The notes: generated by a model from the sequence alone, not told the origin. Shown: positions 49,839 to 61,665, counted from the stretch's first letter. The stretch is DNA of 64,000 nucleotides from Calcarisporiella thermophila CBS 279.70 (GCF_041956535.1 NW_027192197.1:827647-891646); one strand, 5' to 3'. Translations and numbers: made by a program.

Positions 49839-52775
49839 CTAAACAATCCCTCCCCATACCAGTTCGGCCGCCTCCTCAAGAGTGCTGCACTCCCCAATCG
49901 CCGGCGAGCAAAACTCGACCATCGACCGAGAAGCGCCCGCGAATTCCCACACCAACAAATAACACATCGCCCGCTTTACAAACTCTTGTGTGCTGATTCG
50001 CGGCCCTTCGGGGCCGCCGTTGTACACTTGAATGAATCGCCGTAAGAGCGGCTTTGAGGCGCACATGGTTGTGAAAAAGAGAGGAATGAGCTCGAACAGA
50101 GGATCGCCGCCGAAAGGGAACGCGTCGCCGAAATCCACTAGGGTCACAGGGCGCCAATTCAATTGCAATTGGTGTTGAGGATGAGAAGGAGCCGGCGGTG
50201 GTGCGGTGGGCGGAGGGGGGTAGTATGGCGGGGGCATATTGCCGTTCTTGTTTGGAGCTACATGTGTGGGAGGCGTGCATCCGACTTTGCCTAGAAAATT
50301 AGAAGGATTTAAATCGCCGTGCAGCACGTTCACATCGAGGTATTGGCCATCTTGGCGGGCGAGAGCTAGGAGTTCGGCCCCTGAGCCCGGGAGGTAGCTC
50401 TCGATCTGACCAATAAGATGAGGGGGTAATATCTGCCAGGAGGCATGCATTTTTGCAGCAAGCGCGATGCGGCGGTCAAGGTAAGCTTCGAATTTTTCGA
50501 CGACCGGTTTATTTTCGTCGACAGCATCCTCGGGCCGGGAGCTGAAGGAGTGAGTCGCAATGGCGTCGGCATCAAGGATGCTTTGCGATGGCATTTCATC
50601 CAACGGAGGCAAGGTGTGTAGTGCTACAGAGACGGTTTAGAAGCAAAAAGGCTCAGTAGGTAATTGGGGTGAATAAGCGTTCTCATGAGGAGTGCTCACC
50701 TTTGATAGTCTCAGCCATCCATTCCACCGTCTCGCTCCATATCACGACGTTCTCCTGCTTGGGGTCGGGTTCCAGCGCGTCATCCAAGCCATTGGCCGCA
50801 TAGCCTGCATTCATCAATTGGGCCAGAGATACCTCCAAAGAGAAGTTCCCGTTAAGCAAGCTCATGACATTCTCGGGCGTGTCTGCCAACGCATCCACTT
50901 CAAGCACTATGAATGGCCACGGCCAAGGCGCGGAGGACCGATCGGCATAGAGCATACCACTTCCCAACAGGCGCGAAAAACGAGAGGATAGTTTTGGCGA
51001 AAGGTGGTCGCGAAGGCGGGCATAGGTGGATGTCTCCGCGAAATAAGACCGCATTCCACCGTAAAGATGCGAAAAAAATTTGACGACCCGGCGGCCGGTT
51101 TTAAAGAGCTGAACATAGGAAAAAGGTGAGTTTGTGGGGTACCAAAAAAGCCAAAAGAATGAAAAGGCGACTCTTTACCGGATTACTTCCATCCATCAAA
51201 GCCTTCACTTCGCTCTCCTTCACGGTTTCTTCACAGCGCCGCAACACCTCCACCACCCGTCCTGCCCACACCTTAAGGTCATGGAAGCTCTTCGCATAGG
51301 CTCGTGCGTTGTCATAGCCTTCTGCGCGCACAATTGCATCCGCCGTTGGATTTTGTGACGCCGCCACACGATGGACGAACAATTCTAGCTCAGGCCGCCC
51401 CCTCACCAGAGCTGCTCGGAAACTCTCCCACAACTTGGCACGTTTAGGTTTCGTTTCGTGCGCCAACGCTTGACACACATTCTCAAGGTTGCCGACACTC
51501 ACAAAATTCTGCGTGACGGCCACGGTGTCTTCGATATTGAGGACCATATGCCACCACCCACTAGGAACGAAAATCGTCTCACCGGGGCGCTGAAGGACCT
51601 CCATCGGGCGCATTTCCGGGGGGAGCGTGGGGTACACCTCCAGATACCACATCAACGAGGTGGGCGAATCGAAACTATGCTCATCTTCTTCGTCGCCGCT
51701 TGCATTTTCATCGCCCCCTCTTTTGCATGTCGTGACTCGGACACCGGGTGGGACGACGTGTGGCGGGTAGAGAGCCCAGCGCTTATATCCGCTTAGCAGG
51801 GTGTTCCACGCAGACGTACCCGACGGATCCACGTGCCACGACGCCCCAGAACGAGCGGGGCCCACGATGATCCAGCGAAAAGGCGGCCGCTCATCTCCTT
51901 GAAGCCACTCGAAATAATCCTCGCGGAAATATTTGGGCACTTCATACTCCTCGATCATATGGGGCCACTTTTCCCCAAAGGCAGGGTCGAAGACATACAA
52001 GGGGGTTTCATCATGCTGGTCGCGAGCATAGTCGATGTAAGCACGTGCCGTCATTTTTATATACTCGTGCTGGCCTCCCTGCTCATTAGCAACTCGCAGC
52101 GGAATATCTCCCAAGCGATCGGCGAGTTTGTCGAGGCGCCACTCTGTCATTGCTGGCCAGCGTTCTACACCACCGTTTTGGAGGAGGGCTGGAGTGAGGG
52201 TCTGGTCGTAGCGGGCAGCAAATTGCTCGACCGTGAGACAGCTAGCATCTTCAATGGAGATTTGCTGGAATGGAAATGCGGGCGGGGGCGGAAAATAGTT
52301 AACCAGATTCATGTTACAGCGGGACCACTTGGTATAGAGATAAAACGACTGAATATCTACAAAACAGTAGGAATTGGGTCATAATGCTAGGTTGGGTGCG
52401 TTCAATGAGGAAAGCTAACCTGGGAAATACAATGTCTTTTGATTTAATGGATGCCATCTTATTTGCTCCTCCTCTTCTGCACTCAACTCCTTTGGAAACA
52501 GAAAAGTAAGCAGCCACGACCTTCTATATTTGAAGTGGGCCATGGTGTCCGCGTCTTTTCCCCAGCGGTCCAGACAGTGGCGCCGCCATTGCTGATCCTC
52601 TCGACAAAACACATAAAAGAAGCGACTTGTACGGGACGCGCGAGCTAGATCCTTTTATTGTAAAAGAATGAGCGATGAAATCCCAGGAGTCGATCAAGGA
52701 GTGGATTACCGTGGGATCAAGAAGCGGAAGGATTTTCTCCGCTATGATGTGATGGGGAAGATCTGTGAAATGCAT
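49839..52775 (-). CDS. F-box + JmjC (JMJD6-like) + APH/choline-kinase-fold protein, multi-exon
   Basis: F-box FTDLPHHII..IL..LD..DLARASRTSRFFY. JmjC GPARSGASWHVDP..KRWAL..PGETIFVPSGWWHMVLN..AVTQNF. C-terminal VLHGDLNPSN and LVDFGDA. Confidence 0.85.
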
Positions 52776-53121
52776 TGAAAGAGACGCAAGAATGTACCAA
52801 GAAGGAGCCCAAGACTTTAGATTTCCGAATGGACCGAACGGTCTTGGGAGGACTGCTAAGTTTTTTCGAGAAGATTGACTAAATGGACTGCCTAAAATTA
52901 ACAGGGAACAGGACTTCAACAAATTAAAGGTGCTGATAGATGACATCCAGCAACCACCGACAACAATGCAATAGAAACGAGAATAAAAAATAAACAGAGA
53001 CAAATTTGGGTTACAGATGGCTGTTTTGAAGACAGTATAAAGGGTAAAGTATCAAAGCTAGTGCAATATCCTTGCTCAATAAGATTAGGCCAGTCTCCTC
53101 TTGGGGATAGGCTGGGACGCT

Positions 53122-55167
53122 TCAGATAAACGAGTACTTTACTGCTCCACTCTTCTCGACCGAGGATTTTTCAATAGCCTGATCCTCTTCAACCCACGCG
53201 TCTTTGTGCACCGGCAACTGAACTCCTTTGAACCAATCGTACTCTTCTGAATCCACCGCGCTCCGGGCCTCGGAATCCGAGCGTTTTTCCAGCGACTGCT
53301 GTGCTCCTTGGTGCGGTTGATGGGGGCCAAAGCTCGGGCGGCTAGGCCCAAGCGCTTTGTCCTCTTCCGAAACAATCGCCACTTCCGGCAGAGTTAATTG
53401 CAACTGGTGCTGCAGAGATGGGGAGAGCTCTGCCTTCTGCGGCTGTTGAATAGGCAGGGAAGGGGATTCGAACACCACGGTTCTCATCTTATGGTTCCTC
53501 TTGGAAGCGTCGGCCCCACCCATGGAACTGGACGCTGTGATGGTACTTCTACCTATGGCGATATAGTCCACAGGCTTTACTACGAAGTGTTGGATGCCCA
53601 GATACAGTGAATCATGCGTATGCCCATCCATATCGGCCTCCTCCGAGTTTGCTGACACAGGTTCGCGGAACTTTCGCTGCTGTTCCAAATCAAGATTTTG
53701 CATCAGGGCAAGCGAATCATAAATGGGCGCAAATCTGGAAGGGCTGTGCCCGTTAGGAGAGGTCGCTGGGTCGTGATCCGGGCCTGATTGCGTCGATGTG
53801 CGCATATGCGAAAACGCTTGCGCCAGGTAGCTGTATTTAGAGAGGCGCGAGCTCAAACGACCCCCACTCGTTGCTGAAACCGTCCGCGCCCCGTTACTCT
53901 CAGCCGATCGCACGTCGGAATAGGCGTTTACGTCCTCGGAAGAGTATGCATTCTCGGCACCCAAGGGAACGGCGTTGGGTGCATCCGCTGAGGAGGGCAC
54001 GTCTCCCCTTGGTGTGGGGAAAACGACGGCCTGGTCCCCGATGGTGAGGACCATGGAAGGAGATATTCCGCGATTATTCAATCGGCGCCCTGGGCGACTA
54101 GCATAGCGCGCGACCCTCCAACCCATGAAGGATATCAACAGGACCCCAGAAAGGGCGCCCATGATGATGCCTGTGAGTCTGCTTGAGCTATTTCCCAAGG
54201 AGTTCTGCGCGGGGTTTTCCACCGCAAGCACGGTCGATGACTGGGCACAGTGACCTCGGTCGCAAATATTCGACTGACACTGCGACGAAGATTGACACGT
54301 CGACCCGATGGCAAGCTTGGGCAGACAACTCAACGACGCGGTATCGCAGTAAAAGCTGTCGACCAAGCATACGAACTCGGTGGCATTGTTCGGGTTAACA
54401 AGGCATGCGGGTGGCTGCATGGAGGTGGGGAGCGGGGCGGGGGGTGATGGAGGAGTGGCTACGGCCACGGAGAGAGCAGACGAGCCAAAAGCAATGTTCT
54501 CGGTTTGGGCCAGGACACTAGCCTGAGTTGGGGAGTCTAAGGAGACCGCCACGGGGCTGCTGGCGCTCGACGACGGCGTATTTTCGGGAGTTGGAGCGAC
54601 TTCCGGAATGGAAATAGATGAGGAAGCAGAGGTTGGGGTGGAAGTCGGGGATTCCACCGTCTCTGGCTTTGGTTCTGGTTTGCGCTTTTCGCTTGAATCC
54701 GCCTTGGCTTCTTGTTTTCGTTTGTCGGAGAGCAGTTCGGGTTTCAGCGGTTGTTCAGGCTCTTTCTTCTCTTCCTTCCTTTCCGTCTCTTCCTTCTTTA
54801 TATCGCCCCGGTCGTCCCCGTTACCCTCTTTTCTCTGGTCGAGTAGTAGCGCCTTATTTTTCCCGATGGCGCTCTTTCCGATCTCATCCTCCTTGTCGCC
54901 GTTTTCATTGTTACCGACACCATTGTTATTGTTTCTATTGATGCTGGCTTCCTCGTTGTTGCCTTCCCCGTCTCTGTCATTCTCGTCATCCCTGTCTCCG
55001 TCATCCTTGTCATCCCCCGGTCTGAACTTTTCATCGTCTTCAAACTCGCCGTCGCCGATTCCGGGAATGAACGCGAGCGCTGGGTTCCCTTTTTTCTTAT
55101 TTTCTTTTCCAGGCTTGAAATTTTTGAGGTTTTTCAGGCCTTTTTTGCCCGGGAAAGGAGGAGGCAT
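53122..55167 (-). CDS. Predicted single-pass membrane protein with Cys-rich extracellular module
   Basis: A 681-aa ORF: charged region, S/T/P stalk, 8-Cys module (CLV..C..YCD..C..C..C..IC..C), TM IIMGALSGVLLISFMGW and a cytoplasmic tail. No signal peptide is evident. Confidence 0.7.
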   Translation of the reverse strand: MPPPFPGKKGLKNLKNFKPGKENKKKGNPALAFIPGIGDGEFEDDEKFRPGDDKDDGDRDDENDRDGEGNNEEASINRNNNNGVGNNENGDKEDEIGKSAIGKNKALLLDQRKEGNGDDRGDIKKEETERKEEKKEPEQPLKPELLSDKRKQEAKADSSEKRKPEPKPETVESPTSTPTSASSSISIPEVAPTPENTPSSSASSPVAVSLDSPTQASVLAQTENIAFGSSALSVAVATPPSPPAPLPTSMQPPACLVNPNNATEFVCLVDSFYCDTASLSCLPKLAIGSTCQSSSQCQSNICDRGHCAQSSTVLAVENPAQNSLGNSSSRLTGIIMGALSGVLLISFMGWRVARYASRPGRRLNNRGISPSMVLTIGDQAVVFPTPRGDVPSSADAPNAVPLGAENAYSSEDVNAYSDVRSAESNGARTVSATSGGRLSSRLSKYSYLAQAFSHMRTSTQSGPDHDPATSPNGHSPSRFAPIYDSLALMQNLDLEQQRKFREPVSANSEEADMDGHTHDSLYLGIQHFVVKPVDYIAIGRSTITASSSMGGADASKRNHKMRTVVFESPSLPIQQPQKAELSPSLQHQLQLTLPEVAIVSEEDKALGPSRPSFGPHQPHQGAQQSLEKRSDSEARSAVDSEEYDWFKGVQLPVHKDAWVEEDQAIEKSSVEKSGAVKYSFI

Positions 55168-56437
55168 GGTGTTGAGCAGTAGATCTCGGGCACTTTGCTA
55201 AAGAAGGGCTTTGTCAAAAGCGAGGATGCAAAGAAAAGGAGAATGCTCTATGCAAAGAGAGGAGGGAGAGGGGTGGGTTGAATATCCGATGTGTAATAAT
55301 AAGGAAAGGGCTGATAGCTAAGGGGGGTTGAAGAAGGGAGGGGAGGGGGAAGGATGGAGCGATGAGGGCCGAAAGAAAGCGCGGCTGGCTCGCGTAGGAA
55401 TCAAGAAGAAGATGAGAGACGAATGTCTTGGTCCGGAATGCAATGTCCTCATGAGCGCTGGTGCGCGAAATGGTAAGCGACCTAGATTTGTGTAACCCCG
55501 TTAGCCACTTTTGGCACCAACCTTAATCTATCGGGATGCGCAATAAAATCTGTGCGAAACATGGGAGAAATGCGCGCGCACTACTTGGCAGTGTATCTCC
55601 ACTCAACTAAATCAGTGCCACTTTGTAAATATACGGAAGGCGCATGCCCTGCAAGCAAAGCCGCCCTCCCCCTCCCTCCCCGCGCCTTTCTCGCCCCCGC
55701 TCCTACTCTCGCCTCGCTCCCTAATCCATCCTCCCCTTTGCATGCCTGCTTGATCGTATTGCCAACCCGGCATCAGCATGATGCGCATATTAAATTGAAG
55801 GAAATCACATTAATATCGGTAAACCCCGAAGCAGATGGATAAGCGATCCACCACTAATCCACAAATGCATGCTCCTTCCAAGGATGTACCCAATGTAGCC
55901 CAGCTGCTAAAAGTGGACCACAGGATATTACCATATGGAGAAGAAGCGCTGAAATGCAGAGTCAGCCAGATGATGACAACGGGTTAGTAACACGTGGCAG
56001 CTTGGGGAGATGCGTGCAAGGCTTAAGCAAGACACTCTGTGCAAGAGCAGGGCCGGAAGCACGAGCATAATACCTAATAAAATGGTGAGCACACATCAAA
56101 TCGGCCCTCGGTACGAAGTATGGGTGCGTGGATGTGCTTTAATCGATTTCTTAACGGCTACTTTTTGATTGTAGCCCCATTGCAACTACTATTACTTTTT
56201 GCAAACCACCATGGGTGAGCCTCTCTAGCACACATAGGCGCTTATATCTCTGGTTGCGCTCTATGCGGGGGGTGGCAAAAATTGCCAAGTACTCGTGCCA
56301 TTTCCATCTTGCTGTTGTCTGCCAATTACACAAGGATGAAGAGGAGAAGGGTTCTTTTGAAAGTTTCTACAGGAATAAAATAAGAAGAAAAAAATATTAA
56401 TAATGCAACTTGCTCAGACCAAAAAAAGGGAGGAGAA

Positions 56438-57100
56438 NNNNNNNNNNNNNNNNNNNNNNNNNNNNNNNNNNNNNNNNNNNNNNNNNNNNNNNNNNNNNNN
56501 NNNNNNNNNNNNNNNNNNNNNNNNNNNNNNNNNNNNNNNNNNNNNNNNNNNNNNNNNNNNNNNNNNNNNNNNNNNNNNNNNNNNNNNNNNNNNNNNNNNN
56601 NNNNNNNNNNNNNNNNNNNNNNNNNNNNNNNNNNNNNNNNNNNNNNNNNNNNNNNNNNNNNNNNNNNNNNNNNNNNNNNNNNNNNNNNNNNNNNNNNNNN
56701 NNNNNNNNNNNNNNNNNNNNNNNNNNNNNNNNNNNNNNNNNNNNNNNNNNNNNNNNNNNNNNNNNNNNNNNNNNNNNNNNNNNNNNNNNNNNNNNNNNNN
56801 NNNNNNNNNNNNNNNNNNNNNNNNNNNNNNNNNNNNNNNNNNNNNNNNNNNNNNNNNNNNNNNNNNNNNNNNNNNNNNNNNNNNNNNNNNNNNNNNNNNN
56901 NNNNNNNNNNNNNNNNNNNNNNNNNNNNNNNNNNNNNNNNNNNNNNNNNNNNNNNNNNNNNNNNNNNNNNNNNNNNNNNNNNNNNNNNNNNNNNNNNNNN
57001 NNNNNNNNNNNNNNNNNNNNNNNNNNNNNNNNNNNNNNNNNNNNNNNNNNNNNNNNNNNNNNNNNNNNNNNNNNNNNNNNNNNNNNNNNNNNNNNNNNNN
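56438..57100. other. Assembly gap (663 N)
   Basis: Run of N flanked by GA-rich simple sequence. Confidence 1.
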
Positions 57101-57165
57101 GGGGGGAGGAAGAGGAGGAGGAGGAGGGAGTGGATAAGGGAGCAAAAATAACATCAATCAACATT

Positions 57166-60100
57166 CTATACAAAGTCCTTGAACCGCCCGTCCACCTTTT
57201 TAGGAGTCTCTTGCACCACCAGGTCCTCTTCGCCATCGGAGAACCCACCGCCCGCGCCGTTGCCCATGCCCGGCGTCCGGCTGTGTGCGAGGGGAGTTTG
57301 GGGTACGGCCAGCGTCGGCGTTGGTCGTTGCGGAGTATGTGGGATATCGGTGGGGGTGGTGGGGGGCGGGGGGGTGGATGCTCGCACGGGGGAATCGGAC
57401 GGATCGGCTCGCCTTCTTCCAAGCATGCCCTGCGGAAAAACAACCAAGCACAACAAACAGTATTTGCATTAGCGAAAAAGAGAAGAGCCACTGTCATGTA
57501 AAAGCAGAAAACGAAATGTACCCTCCCCCGTCGCGTCGGTGTGGTGTCCGGTCGGTGGCCCATCGTCTCACCACGCTGCTTCCGCTTGCCGGGAGTGGTC
57601 TGCCCGCCTGCCCGTTTGGCGCCCACCAGCACCTCGGTCTGCCGGTCGCCCGTGGCCCCTGACAAAATGGAAACAGAAGAAGAGAGCTCGAGTAAGTTCA
57701 GAGGACGGGTGGCCCCTCACTTGAACATGCTTACGTTTGGGCTCCTCCCCCTTTCTTTTCAGCTTACTGGCACCTCCCCTCGCCGCCCCCACATTTGACG
57801 AGGACGAGGAGGAGATGATGGCGTTCTTGATACTGCTGGTCAACTTTTTCGTCATCTCCACTTCTCGATTTTTGAACAGAGAAGACGTCACCACAATTCC
57901 GCTTCGCCGGGCTGCATCGATGGCCGGCAGCAACTCGCCGTTGGACCGGGAGTTTTCCTTCCGAGAGGGTCCTCCCTGATGAGAGGTAAACGAGGAGGTG
58001 GAGAGAAGAGAGGAGGTTCTGGACGGGCGCGCCAAGCTCGGGAACTCGTTTTCCCGTGTCTCGGGCACGAATCGCCCAAGTGCACTGATGAAGACATCAA
58101 AATCCCCCTTCTGAATCTCGATAATCCAGGGCTCAAAGTTGTCGAAGCGACCAGAGATGCCGGCCACGCGGGCAGCCTCCTGAAACGCCATTCCAAATCG
58201 ACTATGGCATGAATAAAAGGTGAATGCCGAAGGGGGGGGGGGAAGGCAGGTTACTAAGCCCATCCACACTTACTTTCTTCGGGTGGCTCCATATTGGTAG
58301 CCTCCATATATTCCCACCAACAAATAGGTATCTTTCACCTGGTTATAGGCTGCAATCAGCAGAGGAAGATGCTTACTACTTCCTGCCTCCTAAGCAAGGG
58401 AAAAAAAAAAGAGAATCGCGGCGGAGCCGGACCCTGTTACATCTTTTGCAGCGCATTCATCCAGAAGGCGGTGGCACCTACCCGTATTGCTTCTGAAATA
58501 TATAAGCCGATCCGCTCTAACACCAAGGGTCGTACACATAAACCCAGATTGGCTCCATCCTGCAACACTGCGAGGCGAAATCTTGGCTTGTCATGACCTT
58601 TGGGCTGTTTGGAGAACCCACGGCGTTTCATGGTTGCATTGGCTTCTTGTGCAATCGATTTTTGAAGCTGCTTGAAAATAGCAATGCCCTTGACCAGTAT
58701 ATTGAGGCTATTATTCTGGTGTCTAATTTTATAAATGAAAAAAGGAGAGCAAGAAAATAAATTTGTTATGCTCTGCCGCTGAAGGAGAAATAGGATGTTT
58801 ACGTGTCGAGGGCATCGAACGCAGAATAAAAGTTTTCCAGCCATCGATCAGCATGGTGGTGTACGAGCTTCCCTCCGCTGCCACCGCCGCCGCCATCCCT
58901 ATTATCATCGGCCCCAAGGCCCCATTCCACCTCAGAAGAGGTTGAGGCAAGCAACCCCGTGAGCGAGTGGACAATGTCTCCGGCAGCGAACACCCCTTTG
59001 TACCCAAACGTGCGGTAGAAAGATGGGTAAAATATGTGCTCCAAGTCGTAGCGAGGCGCAACCTCTTCGAGTTTTTCTCGCAGAGTACGCTTGAACTCAC
59101 GGCGCATGTCATTATAATCCTCCTGAACCTCACGCAGCGGTATACTGGATTTGAAACGCACCAGTAAGGATTACCAAAGAGAAATAAAAAGGAGATGAAA
59201 ATAATAAAACTGCCACCCACCCCATTTTTGCCAGCATGTTCCTCAAGCGCTTCTGGCCAGACTCGTTCCATATACGCAGCTTGGTGGCGACATAATTTGA
59301 ATAAAATAAACTATTATACACGGACCAATGTCGATAAGCTACAATATTCAATGTGGAGAGAAGCGATAGGGTTAAGGAAAATCCGTTTGTGGGACGGCAC
59401 TAAGATCTGTAGCCAAATAATCCATGAATAAAAGGATATTCTTCTTGGAATCGAATTCCATGGTCATCAGGCCCTTTCGCAGAAAAAATATCGGAGTCCT
59501 TGTCAAAATTCAGTCGTGACACCTCGTCCCTAAACCCATCGACCTCGAGCAAATAGCTCTCTAAATCGATAAAGCCAGAGAGGTATTGACTTGTCACCCC
59601 GACAATGGCCAACCTGGAAAGAAAAAAAATATGAGATATCCCCTCACCATGCTACAATATAAATTCTAGACTGAGTACCACAACTGGTCGTTAGTTGTTT
59701 TAGAGATACTTGTTGATATTGAATAAGCTTGGGCCGAAGCTGAATTACCAAACCATGTTCCATTATTATAGTATCGATGTATGATGGCTCGATGTTTTTC
59801 TCGCGATTCTCGTGAAACTCGGCGAGATTTTCTCGGTAAAGAGTTCTGCACAAAAGGAGTCGTCAAAAAATGAGCCTATGTGTTCCTATGGGTCGGCCAT
59901 GACCCCACTGACCTTTTCTGGGGATTTTCTCCGTTTCTTTGGCACCAGGTTTTCATTATTCTCGTCATTCAGTACCTCTCTATTTTCAGCGTCGCTTTCC
60001 TCTGATGCTTCATCCTCTTCCATTTCGCTCTCTTCCGACTCCTCGAACTAGGCGAAGAGAGTATTGGCAATATTCGAAGTTAAAATTGGACAAACTACTA

Positions 60101-60884
60101 GCATAGTGAGGGATAAACTGGCCTACCTCGATAGATTCGTACGCCTCTCTTACATCTTGTAATTGCGTCTCGATTTCACCATCGTCAAGTACAAGTATCT
60201 ATTAGCTCGCGAGATATTCGAATAAATATTACGCAATAAAAACAACACTTGAAAAGAACATGTAAGCCGATCCCACCTGATTACTTCCAAATATATTGTG
60301 TAGATTAAGAGGTCTATGGCTATCCATGATGATGACATTTATATCAGGAGATAGTTCAAAATCCTCAGCGATATCCATCATTCCGCCACAGTTGATCATG
60401 AAAATTGTTTTAACCTGTTTGCCATCGGATCAGCTAATTTCAAATTCACAATTCACAAATGGGTCAGAAAGAACTATATATTACGTGTTGGTTTATGATT
60501 TTCGATCTAGTCTTGGCGTCAGTGTAGTTCGCAACAGGCACGATTTCATATTCAATCACATCTGACTTAAAGAGGGTCTAATATGGAAATAGCGATAAGA
60601 GACGTGGGGAAGAAGAGTGAGCAGAGAGAGAGAGAAGAAAAAGAAATGGGTTGAAAATTTCTCCAAGCGCTTATATGGGAAAAATATTCTCAGAAATGAG
60701 CAAAGGGATCGATTCTGATAACCAGTTGAAAAAAAAAAGACACTTAGAAGTTGACACTCACTACGAGTATTCGACATGCACACAATGCATCAACGTCCGG
60801 TGGTACGAAGATTAAACACTTTCCATGGCTGCGAATAATAGTATCATAGGCTTCCCCGATCTTCTCATGGGGAATGCACACCAT
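57166..60884 (-). CDS. CDC45: Cdc45 replication initiation factor with a ~247-aa Sld3/Treslin-like C-terminal extension
   Basis: Cdc45 motifs LIFVPPDVDALCACRIL, INCGG, IDSHRP, LWLAIVGVTSQYL, YRHWSVYNS, RLRNMLAKMG and RFGMAFQEAA..FDNFE..IIEI. The reading frame continues past the core through introns 57659-57734 and 57430-57521 to a TAG at 57166. Confidence 0.9.
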
Positions 60885-60988
60885 TCTAAAATCGACTACT
60901 CGATGTTCAAGAAAAAGGCTGATCCCTAGAGCTGATCGATCTGAATGAGTGTGTTTTGCTTCTTCGAGGATGAAAATAGAGGTCTAAC

Positions 60989-61052
60989 ACGCGAAAAGGT
61001 TGGAAAAACGCGAAAAGCGCGTCACAAAATTATTTTGAAGATCCTGCCGCGT
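60989..61052. promoter_or_regulatory. Cluster of SCB/MCB/E2F-like CGCG elements upstream of CDC45
   Basis: ACGCGAAAA at 60989 and 61008, GCGCGT at 61017 and CCGCGT at 61047, all 105-170 nt upstream of the ATG. Confidence 0.6.
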
Positions 61053-61665
61053 TCTACAGCCTTGAGCCACTCGAAGAGCTCGGGATCCGTTCCCCGCATT
61101 TGGAATACGAATTCTGATCGATTTCCAAAGGCTGCAAAAGATGCTGGGATGTAAGGTTTCTCGTCACTTCACATTCTTCATACGTCACCCCATAGAAGTA
61201 GACGAAAGTTTTTGTTGAAATCACCAGTTTTGCACAACGATAGGGCATTTATTGGGGAGAGAAGAGTGTGGATGTCTTGCGTAATAAAACGATTCCATCT
61301 CTTCGGCCCATGTATAATATCCGATCACCTTGTTACGCAATTAGTATTAGCTTGTCTCCTCTTTAATAATCCTACACGACAAGAGAAACCTCCGAACAAA
61401 CAATAGCGCGCCTTTTCCTCATAGAATGCATTCTCCAACCCTAACCTACCTACATGCACAAGGACCCGGTCAAGCTGAATCATACCGATATTAACTCCCG
61501 GCACTCTGGGTCAAAACGTAATTTACAAGGGTGTTGTCCAAGCTAGTCTGACCGTTTCATTCCCTCTACTAAGAGTGTTTGCAAATATATATATTTTGAT
61601 TTTGCCTAATAAATATAAAGTGATCAAACCACCGGTGTCAAAGTGGGATGAAAGTTAGCACAAAA

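Noticed and set aside
3208-55201. Numerous antisense or overlapping ORFs (e.g. 3208-3600, 8658-9248, 45736-46383, 54608-55201)
   Set aside because: Shadows of real coding exons on the opposite strand, with no independent motifs.
56397-57665. Long ORFs spanning the N run
   Set aside because: Artefacts of translating through the gap. Only 57522-57658 is used, as an exon of the CDC45 extension.
57166-57810. Independent small gene downstream of CDC45
   Set aside because: There is no stop codon or intergenic spacer after the Cdc45 core, and splice phases join these exons in frame to it. An internal start cannot be fully excluded without transcript data.
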